A stretch of 63,235 nucleotides of DNA. Origin: an uncultured Chitinophagales bacterium (GTDB taxonomy: Bacteria; Bacteroidota; Bacteroidia; Chitinophagales; JABDMM01). Each line of letters opens with the position of its first letter. Positions within the stretch are counted from its first letter, which is position 1. The translations under genes and the position numbers were made by a program. Below the pieces are notes generated by a model. That model saw nothing but the letters and a program-made list of their open reading frames with translations, was not told the origin of the DNA and searched no databases. The stretch covers positions 1-63,235 of the forward strand of contig CAXDOZ010000002.1 of the NCBI GenBank assembly GCA_963991145.1, given 5' to 3'. Positions 10,001 through 18,431 of the stretch are shown here, one piece after another.

Positions 10001-10533
10001 AAGATATCGTAGATAAGTGTTTGGAAGTAATGCCACAGGAAAATGTTCCTTACACGCACTCGCTTTCGAACGTCTTTAGAAACAACTTCCAGTTCTTGTT
10101 TGCACTGTACTTGAAAATCGGTGCGGAGCACACAAAAAATGGAAACACTGAAGCTGCCGCAAGAAACAAAGAGAAAGCTTACACAATTGCTAAAGGTCTT
10201 ATTAGTGAGTGTTCTGAGTTAATGACATATTACTCTAAGAACAACACTACAAGCTACGCTCAGCAAATGCTATCTCTAACCAAAGATCAGTTCGTTTACA
10301 CTCTGGATCTCTTTACTCAGTTTGGTTTTGACCGATTGATGAATGAAGGATTCACGCCTCAGCTTCCAAGACCATCAAACACTGGTTCAATTGTAGAAAC
10401 TGAAGCAGGAAGAGCTACAATCATTGAATTCGCTGATAGATCAGACGAGTGGGCGTTCGTTCTTGAGCTCTGGAAAATGTACGAGCCCTTTGTGACTTCT
10501 ACTGCACCAGCTGCAGGTAATAACCCATCTTAA
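7075..10533 (+). CDS. DUF2723-family giant membrane protein (GT-C-fold, TMEM260/PMT-like putative glycosyltransferase) with a soluble C-terminal domain
   Basis: 1152 aa. The N-terminus matches the DUF2723 signature region ([32 protein letters not shown]). Many TM segments in the first ~650 aa are followed by a helical soluble tail. Confidence 0.8.
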   Translation: [1152 protein letters not shown]

Positions 10534-11288
10534 TGGCTGGAAGGGGAAATCTTATCTATGGTCGGAACCCGATCCTCGACGCACTGAAATCGGGCAAGTC
10601 TCTGGATAAGATTTTCCTTCAATCCGGTTTGAAAGGAGAGGAGCTCTCCGAAATTGGCGCTCTTGCCAGAAAAGCTGATATCCCCGTTCAAAGAGTACCT
10701 CAGGAAAAGCTGCACCGACTAACAGTAAAGGGCGGGCAGGCTGTAAATCATCAGGGCGTAGCTGCATTTCTTTCTTTAATACAGTACTATGAGATTGAGG
10801 ATGTTATCCAGCATTGTTATGATAATGGTGAAGATCCTTTGATCGTCTTACTCGATGGAGTTACCGACGTTCGAAACTTTGGAGCGATCGCACGCAGTGC
10901 TGAGGTATTTGGTGCTCATGCTATCGTGATTCCAAGTCGGGGCTCCGCCCAGATCAACCCTGCGGCGATGAAGGCATCAGCGGGAGCTTTAAATAGAATT
11001 TCTGTTTGTCGGGTTGATTCAATTGCTGTAGCACTTAAGACCCTTGAATGGAATGGCTTGAAGTCTTTTGCAAGTTCTCTGGATGCATCTCAAACGATCT
11101 CCGACTGCGATTTTTCTGGTCCTTGCGGCATTGTGATGGGGGCTGAAGAAAGCGGCATTAGCTCACAGGTTGCCAGAAAGGCAGATGAGCTCTTTATCAT
11201 TCCTCAAAAAGGAGAAACAGATTCTCTAAATGTAAGTGTGGCAACCGGAGTGATCCTCTACGAGGTAAGCCGTCAAAGAGGTCTCTAG
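10533..11288 (+). CDS. rlmB: 23S rRNA (guanosine-2'-O)-methyltransferase RlmB (SpoU/TrmH family)
   Basis: 251 aa with SpoU motifs (NFGAIARSAEVFG, IVMGAEESGIS, SLNVSVATGVILYE). The start overlaps the upstream stop (TAATG). Confidence 0.85.
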   Translation: MAGRGNLIYGRNPILDALKSGKSLDKIFLQSGLKGEELSEIGALARKADIPVQRVPQEKLHRLTVKGGQAVNHQGVAAFLSLIQYYEIEDVIQHCYDNGEDPLIVLLDGVTDVRNFGAIARSAEVFGAHAIVIPSRGSAQINPAAMKASAGALNRISVCRVDSIAVALKTLEWNGLKSFASSLDASQTISDCDFSGPCGIVMGAEESGISSQVARKADELFIIPQKGETDSLNVSVATGVILYEVSRQRGL

Positions 11289-12298
11289 ACTGCAGATTCC
11301 ATTTTGGAGATATTCTCCAGCATGTCCACTGTCATTGAGCCAAGATCGTATTCAGGATCCCAGGCCCATTCAACTCTTGCAAACTCATCATTAATACTTT
11401 CCGGCCATGAATCGGCGATAGCCTGACGGAAATCTGGATTGTAGGTGATATTGAAATCAGGAATATGCTTCTTGATCTCATTGGCAACTTCTCTTGGAGA
11501 GAAGCTGAAGGCAGTCACATTATAACTCGACCTCACTGTGATATTATCACTTGGAGCCTCCATGATGTCGATAGTAGCTTTAATAGCATCATCCATATAC
11601 ATCATAGGAAGAATAGTGTCTTCTGACAGGAAGCACTCGAATTTCTTTTCTTCGATCGCTTTGAAGTAAATGTCAACAGCATAATCTGTTGTTCCTCCGC
11701 CGGCAGGAGTCTTATAACTGATCAAACCGGGGTATCTGAGCGAGCGCACATCCAAACCGTGCTTGAAGTGATAGTGATGACACCATCTTTCACCAGCTAA
11801 TTTGCTGATACCATAGATCGTATCCGGGTCCATTGTGGTGAATTGCGGAGTGTCGATCTTTGGGCTATTCGGCCCGAATACAGCAATGGATGAGGGCCAG
11901 AAAACTTTTTTAACACCAAACTCGACAGCAGCGTCAAGAACGTTTAGCAGGCCATTCATATTAATGTCCCAAGCCAATCTGGGGTTCTGTTCACCTCTTG
12001 CAGATAGAATAGAAGCCATATGGTAGATCTGGCTGATTCCGTAAGTCTGCAATACAGTGCTCAATTGCTCTGTATCACGCACATCCATGCTGATGAAGGT
12101 ATTGTCTTGAAGCTCTTTTAGTTCGGGCTCTCGAATATCAGAGATGATCACATGCTCAGCTCCGATCTTCTTATTCAATGCCATGGTCAAATCACTTCCT
12201 ACCTGACCACAGGCTCCAATGATTAGCGTATTAGGTTTGTCTGACACTTTTGCTTTGTTTGATTTTGCTCGCACCATTACATCGGCGCATTTAAGCAT
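11285..12298 (-). CDS. NAD-dependent epimerase/dehydratase family protein, L-threonine 3-dehydrogenase-like (SDR-type)
   Basis: 337 aa with Rossmann motif IIGACGQVGSDL and catalytic YGISK. The true start may be the internal Met (MVRAK...). Confidence 0.75.
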   Translation of the reverse strand: MLKCADVMVRAKSNKAKVSDKPNTLIIGACGQVGSDLTMALNKKIGAEHVIISDIREPELKELQDNTFISMDVRDTEQLSTVLQTYGISQIYHMASILSARGEQNPRLAWDINMNGLLNVLDAAVEFGVKKVFWPSSIAVFGPNSPKIDTPQFTTMDPDTIYGISKLAGERWCHHYHFKHGLDVRSLRYPGLISYKTPAGGGTTDYAVDIYFKAIEEKKFECFLSEDTILPMMYMDDAIKATIDIMEAPSDNITVRSSYNVTAFSFSPREVANEIKKHIPDFNITYNPDFRQAIADSWPESINDEFARVEWAWDPEYDLGSMTVDMLENISKMESAV

Positions 12299-12437
12299 CT
12301 ACAATTTTAGGGAAATTGGCATTAAGTCCATTTCCCAATTTATACCGAAATGGATTTGTTGTGGAAATTTAAGTATTGATGGAAGCGGGATGACAAGGAA
12401 AGGCTTATTTTCACCCACTCTATAATTAGAATCACGA

Positions 12438-14999
12438 ATGGATATTCAAGCGTTTTTCAAACAGAACAAATTTCATTTTTTAGCCGCTGCGGTCTTCTTT
12501 CTTTTAGCTGTCGTGTATTTCTCCCCATCAATGTCGGGGAAAGTGATTGACCAGTACGATATAGTTCAGCACAACATGAAGGCTCATGAACTTAAAGAGT
12601 ACCGGGCAGAAACCGGAAAAGAAGCTCTTTGGACCAACTCCATGTTTGGAGGGATGCCTGGTTATATGATGTCAATGCGCATCAAATCAAACCTGGTCGC
12701 TCCTGTAGATAAGGTCTTGACTCTGTTTTTACCAAAGTCACCGGCTTACCTATTCCTGTATATGCTGGGCTTTTATTTTCTGGCAATCGTAATGAAGGCC
12801 AAGCCTTTACAAGCGGCAGTCATGGCCGTGGCCTATGGTTTTGGATCTTATCTCTTTTTGAATTTAGAGGCCGGTCACAATACCAAAGTTCACGCACTTG
12901 CATATATGGCGCCCACACTGGCAGGCTTCATTCTTATTACGGAGAAGAAGTATATAGTGGGAACATTGCTCATGTTAGTGCTCCTGTCCCTTCAGATATA
13001 CTTCAATCACTTACAAATCACCTATTATACCTTCCTTGCAGCGGGCCTTTTATTCCTTGTTGATTCAATCTTCAAAATCAAGGCTGGAGAATTCAAGCAT
13101 GTTGGAATCACTTTGGGAGGATTCATATTGGCCACCTTACTGGCCTTCTCAATGAATAGTACTCGTTTGATGATCGTTCAGGAGTACTCCAAGGAAACAA
13201 CAAGAGGCGGAGCTTCAAGTCTAAGCTCCGATCAGGGTGAAGATTCTAAAGGTGTTGGAAGGGACTATGCCTATGGATGGTCTTATGGCGTTGCTGAGAG
13301 TTGGACATTGATCTATCCAATGGCAGCAGGTGGCGGAGGCCGCTCAGATTATAGCTCGACCAATGCATTTAAAACATTCAAAACCAATAATCCTCAGGCA
13401 GAGGACAGGGACCTGAATGGTTTCCTTAGTTCCTTCTACTATTGGGGAGACATCTCATCGGCAGAAGATCAACCGCGAAGCACAGCGGGGACAATATACA
13501 TTGGTGCAATTCTATGGTTCTTCGTTTTTATCAGTCTTGTGCTTAGCCCATGGGATAAAATCAAATACTGGCTACTGGGAGTTACTTTCTTTTCACTTGT
13601 AATGAGCTGGGGAAGATACTTTCCATCAATAATCGATCTGTTCTTCAATTACTTCCCATTCTTCGACAAGTTTAGAGTACCAATGATGTTCCTGACTGTT
13701 ACCCAGCTTGGAGCAGCCGGACTTGCCTTATTAGGTATAAGAGATATGTTCTCGGATGAGCTGAGTAAGGAAGCAAAAATGAAGGCCTTGAAATTCGGCG
13801 GGGGAGCATTTCTTGGACTTGGAGTAATAATGCTTGTGATGCCGGGAATCTTCCTTGATTTCTCTGGATATAATGATGCCCTTGAAAGCACCTTGAAGAG
13901 GTTTCAGGATTATGGCCTTACTCTTGATCAGATCATTGAGGACAGAAAGTCTTTATTTAGGTCAAGTGTTTTAAGAACTACGGCCTTCGGCCTGATTGCT
14001 GGCGGTTTATGCTGGGCTTATGTCTCTGAAAAATTCAAGAATGCCAGCATTATCGCTGCTATCCTTCTTGTCTTAGTCCTTGTTGATGAATGGACAATTG
14101 CTCGTCCTTATTTGAATGAAGCAAACTATGTAACTGAGGCTGAAATGGATGCTAGATTAAATGCTACTCCGGCAGATAATCAGATCATTCAAGATGGTGG
14201 AGGTAGATATTACAGGGTATTCAATATTGCAAACAATCCATTGGCATACTCAGGTGCGAGCTACTATCATTCAAGTATTTCTGGTTACCACGCTGCGAAG
14301 CTGCAGAGATGGCAGGACTTTGCTGTAAATATTCTAGAGCGGGAGTGGTACATGATTCTTAACAATCAAAACAATATTCAGGGAGCTCTTGCTCAGGCAA
14401 AGTCTTTGAACATGTTCAATGTACAGTACCTGATCACTGATGGTCAGAATCCTCCAATAAAGAATAATTACGCACTGGGCAATGCCTGGTTTGTGAGAGG
14501 AGCGGAGCTTGTGAAAAATGCTGATTCTGCTATTGCCCTTATGCAAAGTCCGGGCTGGGACCCTGCTGTTACTGCAGTTTTCGATGCTTCAGATAAAGAA
14601 GGGTTGACAGAAATCCCACCATTTGAGGCATCAGGGGCTACCGATGTAATTGAACTGGACTTCACTGCTTATGAGCCAAACTACCTGAAGTACAATTCAA
14701 ATACTTCTGGCGCGAGGCTTGTTGTCTTTAGTGAGGTATACTACAGAGGTAATGAGGATTGGAATGCATATATCGACGGAGAAAAAGTCGATCATTATCG
14801 GGTGAACTTCCTTCAAAGAGCTGTAGTAGTTCCAGCCGGGGAGCATATGATTGAATTTAAGTTTGAGCCTCCGACATACAAAAAAGGTAATAGCATTGCC
14901 CTGGCAGGATCCGGAATTACCTTACTACTGATCCTTGCTGCAATTGGATTTTACTATAAAAAGTCTAAATCCGTTCAGGCATCATCTGAAGCTGAGTAA
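12438..14999 (+). CDS. YfhO-family polytopic membrane protein (putative GT-C-type glycan transferase)
   Basis: 853 aa. N-terminus typical of YfhO proteins (DIVQHNMKAHELKEYRAETGKEALWTNSMFGGMPGY). Many TM helices, a large extracytoplasmic C-terminal domain and a final TM anchor. Confidence 0.65.
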   Translation: MDIQAFFKQNKFHFLAAAVFFLLAVVYFSPSMSGKVIDQYDIVQHNMKAHELKEYRAETGKEALWTNSMFGGMPGYMMSMRIKSNLVAPVDKVLTLFLPKSPAYLFLYMLGFYFLAIVMKAKPLQAAVMAVAYGFGSYLFLNLEAGHNTKVHALAYMAPTLAGFILITEKKYIVGTLLMLVLLSLQIYFNHLQITYYTFLAAGLLFLVDSIFKIKAGEFKHVGITLGGFILATLLAFSMNSTRLMIVQEYSKETTRGGASSLSSDQGEDSKGVGRDYAYGWSYGVAESWTLIYPMAAGGGGRSDYSSTNAFKTFKTNNPQAEDRDLNGFLSSFYYWGDISSAEDQPRSTAGTIYIGAILWFFVFISLVLSPWDKIKYWLLGVTFFSLVMSWGRYFPSIIDLFFNYFPFFDKFRVPMMFLTVTQLGAAGLALLGIRDMFSDELSKEAKMKALKFGGGAFLGLGVIMLVMPGIFLDFSGYNDALESTLKRFQDYGLTLDQIIEDRKSLFRSSVLRTTAFGLIAGGLCWAYVSEKFKNASIIAAILLVLVLVDEWTIARPYLNEANYVTEAEMDARLNATPADNQIIQDGGGRYYRVFNIANNPLAYSGASYYHSSISGYHAAKLQRWQDFAVNILEREWYMILNNQNNIQGALAQAKSLNMFNVQYLITDGQNPPIKNNYALGNAWFVRGAELVKNADSAIALMQSPGWDPAVTAVFDASDKEGLTEIPPFEASGATDVIELDFTAYEPNYLKYNSNTSGARLVVFSEVYYRGNEDWNAYIDGEKVDHYRVNFLQRAVVVPAGEHMIEFKFEPPTYKKGNSIALAGSGITLLLILAAIGFYYKKSKSVQASSEAE

Positions 15000-16301
15000 A
15001 TGAGCGCAAAGCGCGTACTGATCATTAGTTATTACTGGCCACCGGCAAGTGGTCCAGGTGTTCAGCGTATTCTAAAGTTTGCTAAGTTTTTACCTGAGTT
15101 CGGTTGGGAGCCCACTGTTTTAACTGTTAGGAACGGAAGCTATCCAAATACCGATGACAGTCTGTTAGAGGAAGTAAAAGATGTTAAGGTCATTCGAACC
15201 AAAACACTTGAACCCTTTGCGATCTATAATAGCCTGCAGGGAAAGAAAGGAAAGAGTGTGCCTGTTGCAATGCAAGGCATCAAAGACTCAAAATCTCCAT
15301 TTCAAAAGCTAGCCAAATACATTCGAGCAAATCTATTTATACCCGATGCAAGAATGTATTGGCGCGGGTATGCTGTCAAAGAAGCAAGAAGAATTTTACA
15401 GGAAGACAAATTTGATGCCATTATCACTTCAGGTCCACCTCACTCAAGTCATTTGATCGGTTTGGATCTAAAGAAAGAATTTGGGATTCCCTGGATAGCA
15501 GATTTTAGAGACCCATGGACAGGAATTTATTACAACAAGTTTCTACCTAGATCTAAAAGAACACAAGAGAAAGATAAAGCGCTGGAAGATCTGGTTCTAG
15601 ATTCAGCTGATTCAGTTATTGCAATTTCAAAAACATTCTCAAAACAACTTGAGGATAGGGCCAAACACGCTGAAGTGATCTTAAACGGTTTTGATCCGGG
15701 AGATATGCCGGAGCCCAAAGAAGTTAAAAATGAAAAATTTCGCCTAGGTTATATTGGCAATTTTAAACCAAATCAGGATGTGCCTGTCCTTTGGGGGATA
15801 CTGAAAGATAATTTAGAATCTGATCCAGGATTCAAGTATAAATTCGAATTATTGCTTGCCGGAAATGTGGATCCACATATTGAATCGAAACTAAATTCGA
15901 TGGGTCTTGGTTCGATTTTGAAGAGAATGGATTTTATGCCCCATGATGAGGCTGTGAAAACTATGCAATCTTGTGATGCCTTGTTATTTATCATTCCTGA
16001 TTCTGATGATAATGAATTGATTCTTACTGGAAAGATCTTCGAATACCTGGCTATAAGAAGGCCGATTTTTTCCATCGGCCCGAAGGGCGGAGATGCAGAC
16101 CATTTATTACAGGAAATGGGAAGAGGAGAGATCATTGATTACGATGATGCCAGCACCATGAATGCTCGTTTAGATGGTTTGACTAAGCAATGGCAAGAAA
16201 AGGGCTCATTAAATAATCTTTCTAATGATGGGCTTGACAGACTTACCAGGAAGGCCTCAACTGAAGAACTCTCCAGGCTGTTGGATAAAATTTCTGCTTA
16301 A
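15000..16301 (+). CDS. Glycosyltransferase, GT-B fold (GT4-like)
   Basis: 433 aa with N-terminus RVLIISYYWPPASGPGVQRILKFAKFLPEFGWEPTVLT, typical of GT4-like enzymes. The start abuts the YfhO stop (14999/15000). Confidence 0.7.
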   Translation: MSAKRVLIISYYWPPASGPGVQRILKFAKFLPEFGWEPTVLTVRNGSYPNTDDSLLEEVKDVKVIRTKTLEPFAIYNSLQGKKGKSVPVAMQGIKDSKSPFQKLAKYIRANLFIPDARMYWRGYAVKEARRILQEDKFDAIITSGPPHSSHLIGLDLKKEFGIPWIADFRDPWTGIYYNKFLPRSKRTQEKDKALEDLVLDSADSVIAISKTFSKQLEDRAKHAEVILNGFDPGDMPEPKEVKNEKFRLGYIGNFKPNQDVPVLWGILKDNLESDPGFKYKFELLLAGNVDPHIESKLNSMGLGSILKRMDFMPHDEAVKTMQSCDALLFIIPDSDDNELILTGKIFEYLAIRRPIFSIGPKGGDADHLLQEMGRGEIIDYDDASTMNARLDGLTKQWQEKGSLNNLSNDGLDRLTRKASTEELSRLLDKISA

Positions 16302-16302
16302 G

Positions 16303-17409
16303 ATGATCGACCTAAATTCATTCCAACGCAATTCTGATTTCTACGGTGATCTTCATCTATTGATCACTATTAAAAGCTTTGACTTACAAGCTATCAGAAA
16401 GAGGTATCTGGAAAGTAAAAAGAATAAAAGCGGAAAGGCAGGAAGTGTTAGCAGGCGTGAACCAGGTTTGGGTGGAGTAGCCGGAATTTCAATTAAAAAT
16501 GGTGAGATCTATTCTGAACGGATGCTCGCACAACTAAAAGAACCAAGAGGGGTAGATGCCTATAATGATCGAATTGCGATTGCCGCCGAGGATGTAGTTC
16601 ATCTTTGGAAAGGAGATAAGTATTCCTCTATTCAGAATCCATGGTTCAGTTATATCCATACGGTCCATTTGAACAGAAAAGACCCTAAACGAATTTTAAT
16701 TTCTTCTTCGGGATTGGATTGCTTATTTGAATATGATTGGGATTCCTCTAATTGCAATTGGGAGTGGTTTGCCTGGGAGAATGGATTTCAAAATGGTACG
16801 GATCCAAAATCTGGGGAGGATATTTTTCTTACAAGAAATGCTGAGGAAGCCGAGGCTCTATCAGTGGCAGGTAAGAAGTTTAAGCTTATTTCGAACCCTA
16901 AAGAAGAAGTCCTACCAACTGCCATGCGTGCAGCATTCATCAACTCAGCTTTGTACGATGATAAAATTGAAAATTCAATTATTGCTACATTTTTCCACGA
17001 AGGAGCTGCCTTTAGGATCGATCAAAAATCAATGAAAGCTGAAAAGGTTATCTCCAACATGAAAAACCCTCATGGAGGCAGACGTTTAGGCAATGGATAT
17101 CTGGCAACAAGCACAGGGCAGGGGCAGGTTGTTTTAAAAAACGAATCAGGCGAAGAGCGTTTTTCATTTTCAGATCTTCCTAATAAGCCTGAGGAACTTG
17201 GAGATTCTGAGTGGCTTCAAAACACTGCTATTATCAGGGATCATTTGATCACTATCGACAGTAATCGAACATCTTTTGTGATCTGGAATCCTGAAAAGAA
17301 ACTTTTCGATATGATCCCTTACAATGATGATTGGGCAGTTCAGGATTTAATGCCAAGTGAGGGTACGGAAAAAATGTGGGGCGAGATCAATAGAATTAGC
17401 CTTGATTAA
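16303..17409 (+). CDS. Hypothetical protein (no motif recognised; beta-rich)
   Basis: ORF in frame from 16225. I chose the ATG at 16303, 1 nt after the GT4 stop, which gives 368 aa. Coding-like composition and operon position support it. Confidence 0.6.
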   Translation: MIDLNSFQRNSDFYGDLHLLITIKSFDLQAIRKRYLESKKNKSGKAGSVSRREPGLGGVAGISIKNGEIYSERMLAQLKEPRGVDAYNDRIAIAAEDVVHLWKGDKYSSIQNPWFSYIHTVHLNRKDPKRILISSSGLDCLFEYDWDSSNCNWEWFAWENGFQNGTDPKSGEDIFLTRNAEEAEALSVAGKKFKLISNPKEEVLPTAMRAAFINSALYDDKIENSIIATFFHEGAAFRIDQKSMKAEKVISNMKNPHGGRRLGNGYLATSTGQGQVVLKNESGEERFSFSDLPNKPEELGDSEWLQNTAIIRDHLITIDSNRTSFVIWNPEKKLFDMIPYNDDWAVQDLMPSEGTEKMWGEINRISLD

Positions 17410-18340
17410 GCCATTCCGGCATTTGAGTGTATCCAATTTCAATTAATTGCTCTTTTAACTTTTGATTGTATGGATGAAAATGCTCTTGTAATTGAGCTAT
17501 TTCCTGAACAGTCATTTTTTCCTTCTTAGCTGATCCATTTATTGCATAATATATGGAGGCAATTGATCTCTTAATTTTTGGGTTGGCTGTCCAAAAGGAT
17601 TCAAACTTCTTAAAGCCCTTACGGGCGAATTTTTGGATACCTGCATTCTTGTACGACTGAGCTTTATTTTCTCTGGCAAAGCTCAAATCTTCAAATGGAG
17701 TTGAATCTAATTGTAACCATTCAGCCAGTTCGTTTAATAGACTTTGTGGAGATTCAAGAAGATCATCTTGAAAAATGAATTTAATCTTCTCCTCACCAAT
17801 TACTTTAATCCAGGAGTCAATCTGATCTGAATATTGAGACTCCTTTATTCCGAAGAGAACTTTGTTTGGACTTGCCTGCATTTCACTTTCTGAAGCGCTC
17901 AAGCAGTTTTGAATATATGTATTGAAATCTATATCCTTTGGTAAGTCTAAAGTTCTTTTTTTGAATTGGTAGAAAGAGAATAATCTTGAGATCGGCTCCC
18001 TTAGAAGGATAATTATTTTGGCATCTCCACAAACTTCCTTTATTGCTTTAGCGACCTTATCTCCTCCAAAAAAATACCTGGGAGTGGCCTCCATTCTGTA
18101 TTGTTGATCTGCGCACTGATCGAATTGGCTGTGATAATCTGAGATATCGGAGAGTTCTTCTCCCCATACGAGAGGGGTAAAGTAAAACGTCTCTTTGATC
18201 TTTGAGCCACAAATCTCTGGATGAGAAGCAAGGTAATTGAACAAGCTGGTAGTTCCTGACTTGTTTACGCCTACTATCAAAAGGTTTGGAGTCTTATTAT
18301 TCATTCTATCCTCAGAGGATTTAGGCCTGAAAGTAATCAT
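17396..18340 (-). CDS. PAPS-dependent sulfotransferase (Sulfotransfer_1-like)
   Basis: 314 aa with the 5'-PSB loop LLIVGVNKSGTTSL followed by YLASHPEI, plus a 3'-PB-like region (ILLREPISRLFSFY). The start may be the internal MNNKTPN. Confidence 0.8.
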   Translation of the reverse strand: MITFRPKSSEDRMNNKTPNLLIVGVNKSGTTSLFNYLASHPEICGSKIKETFYFTPLVWGEELSDISDYHSQFDQCADQQYRMEATPRYFFGGDKVAKAIKEVCGDAKIIILLREPISRLFSFYQFKKRTLDLPKDIDFNTYIQNCLSASESEMQASPNKVLFGIKESQYSDQIDSWIKVIGEEKIKFIFQDDLLESPQSLLNELAEWLQLDSTPFEDLSFARENKAQSYKNAGIQKFARKGFKKFESFWTANPKIKRSIASIYYAINGSAKKEKMTVQEIAQLQEHFHPYNQKLKEQLIEIGYTQMPEWLNQG

Positions 18341-18431
18341 TCATGAGAAATCCTGACATTGTTGAATAAGGCTGATTTAACAAGCATGGGGATTTCATTA
18401 TACTTGTGTTGACCAGTTCTCCCTCTGCAGA

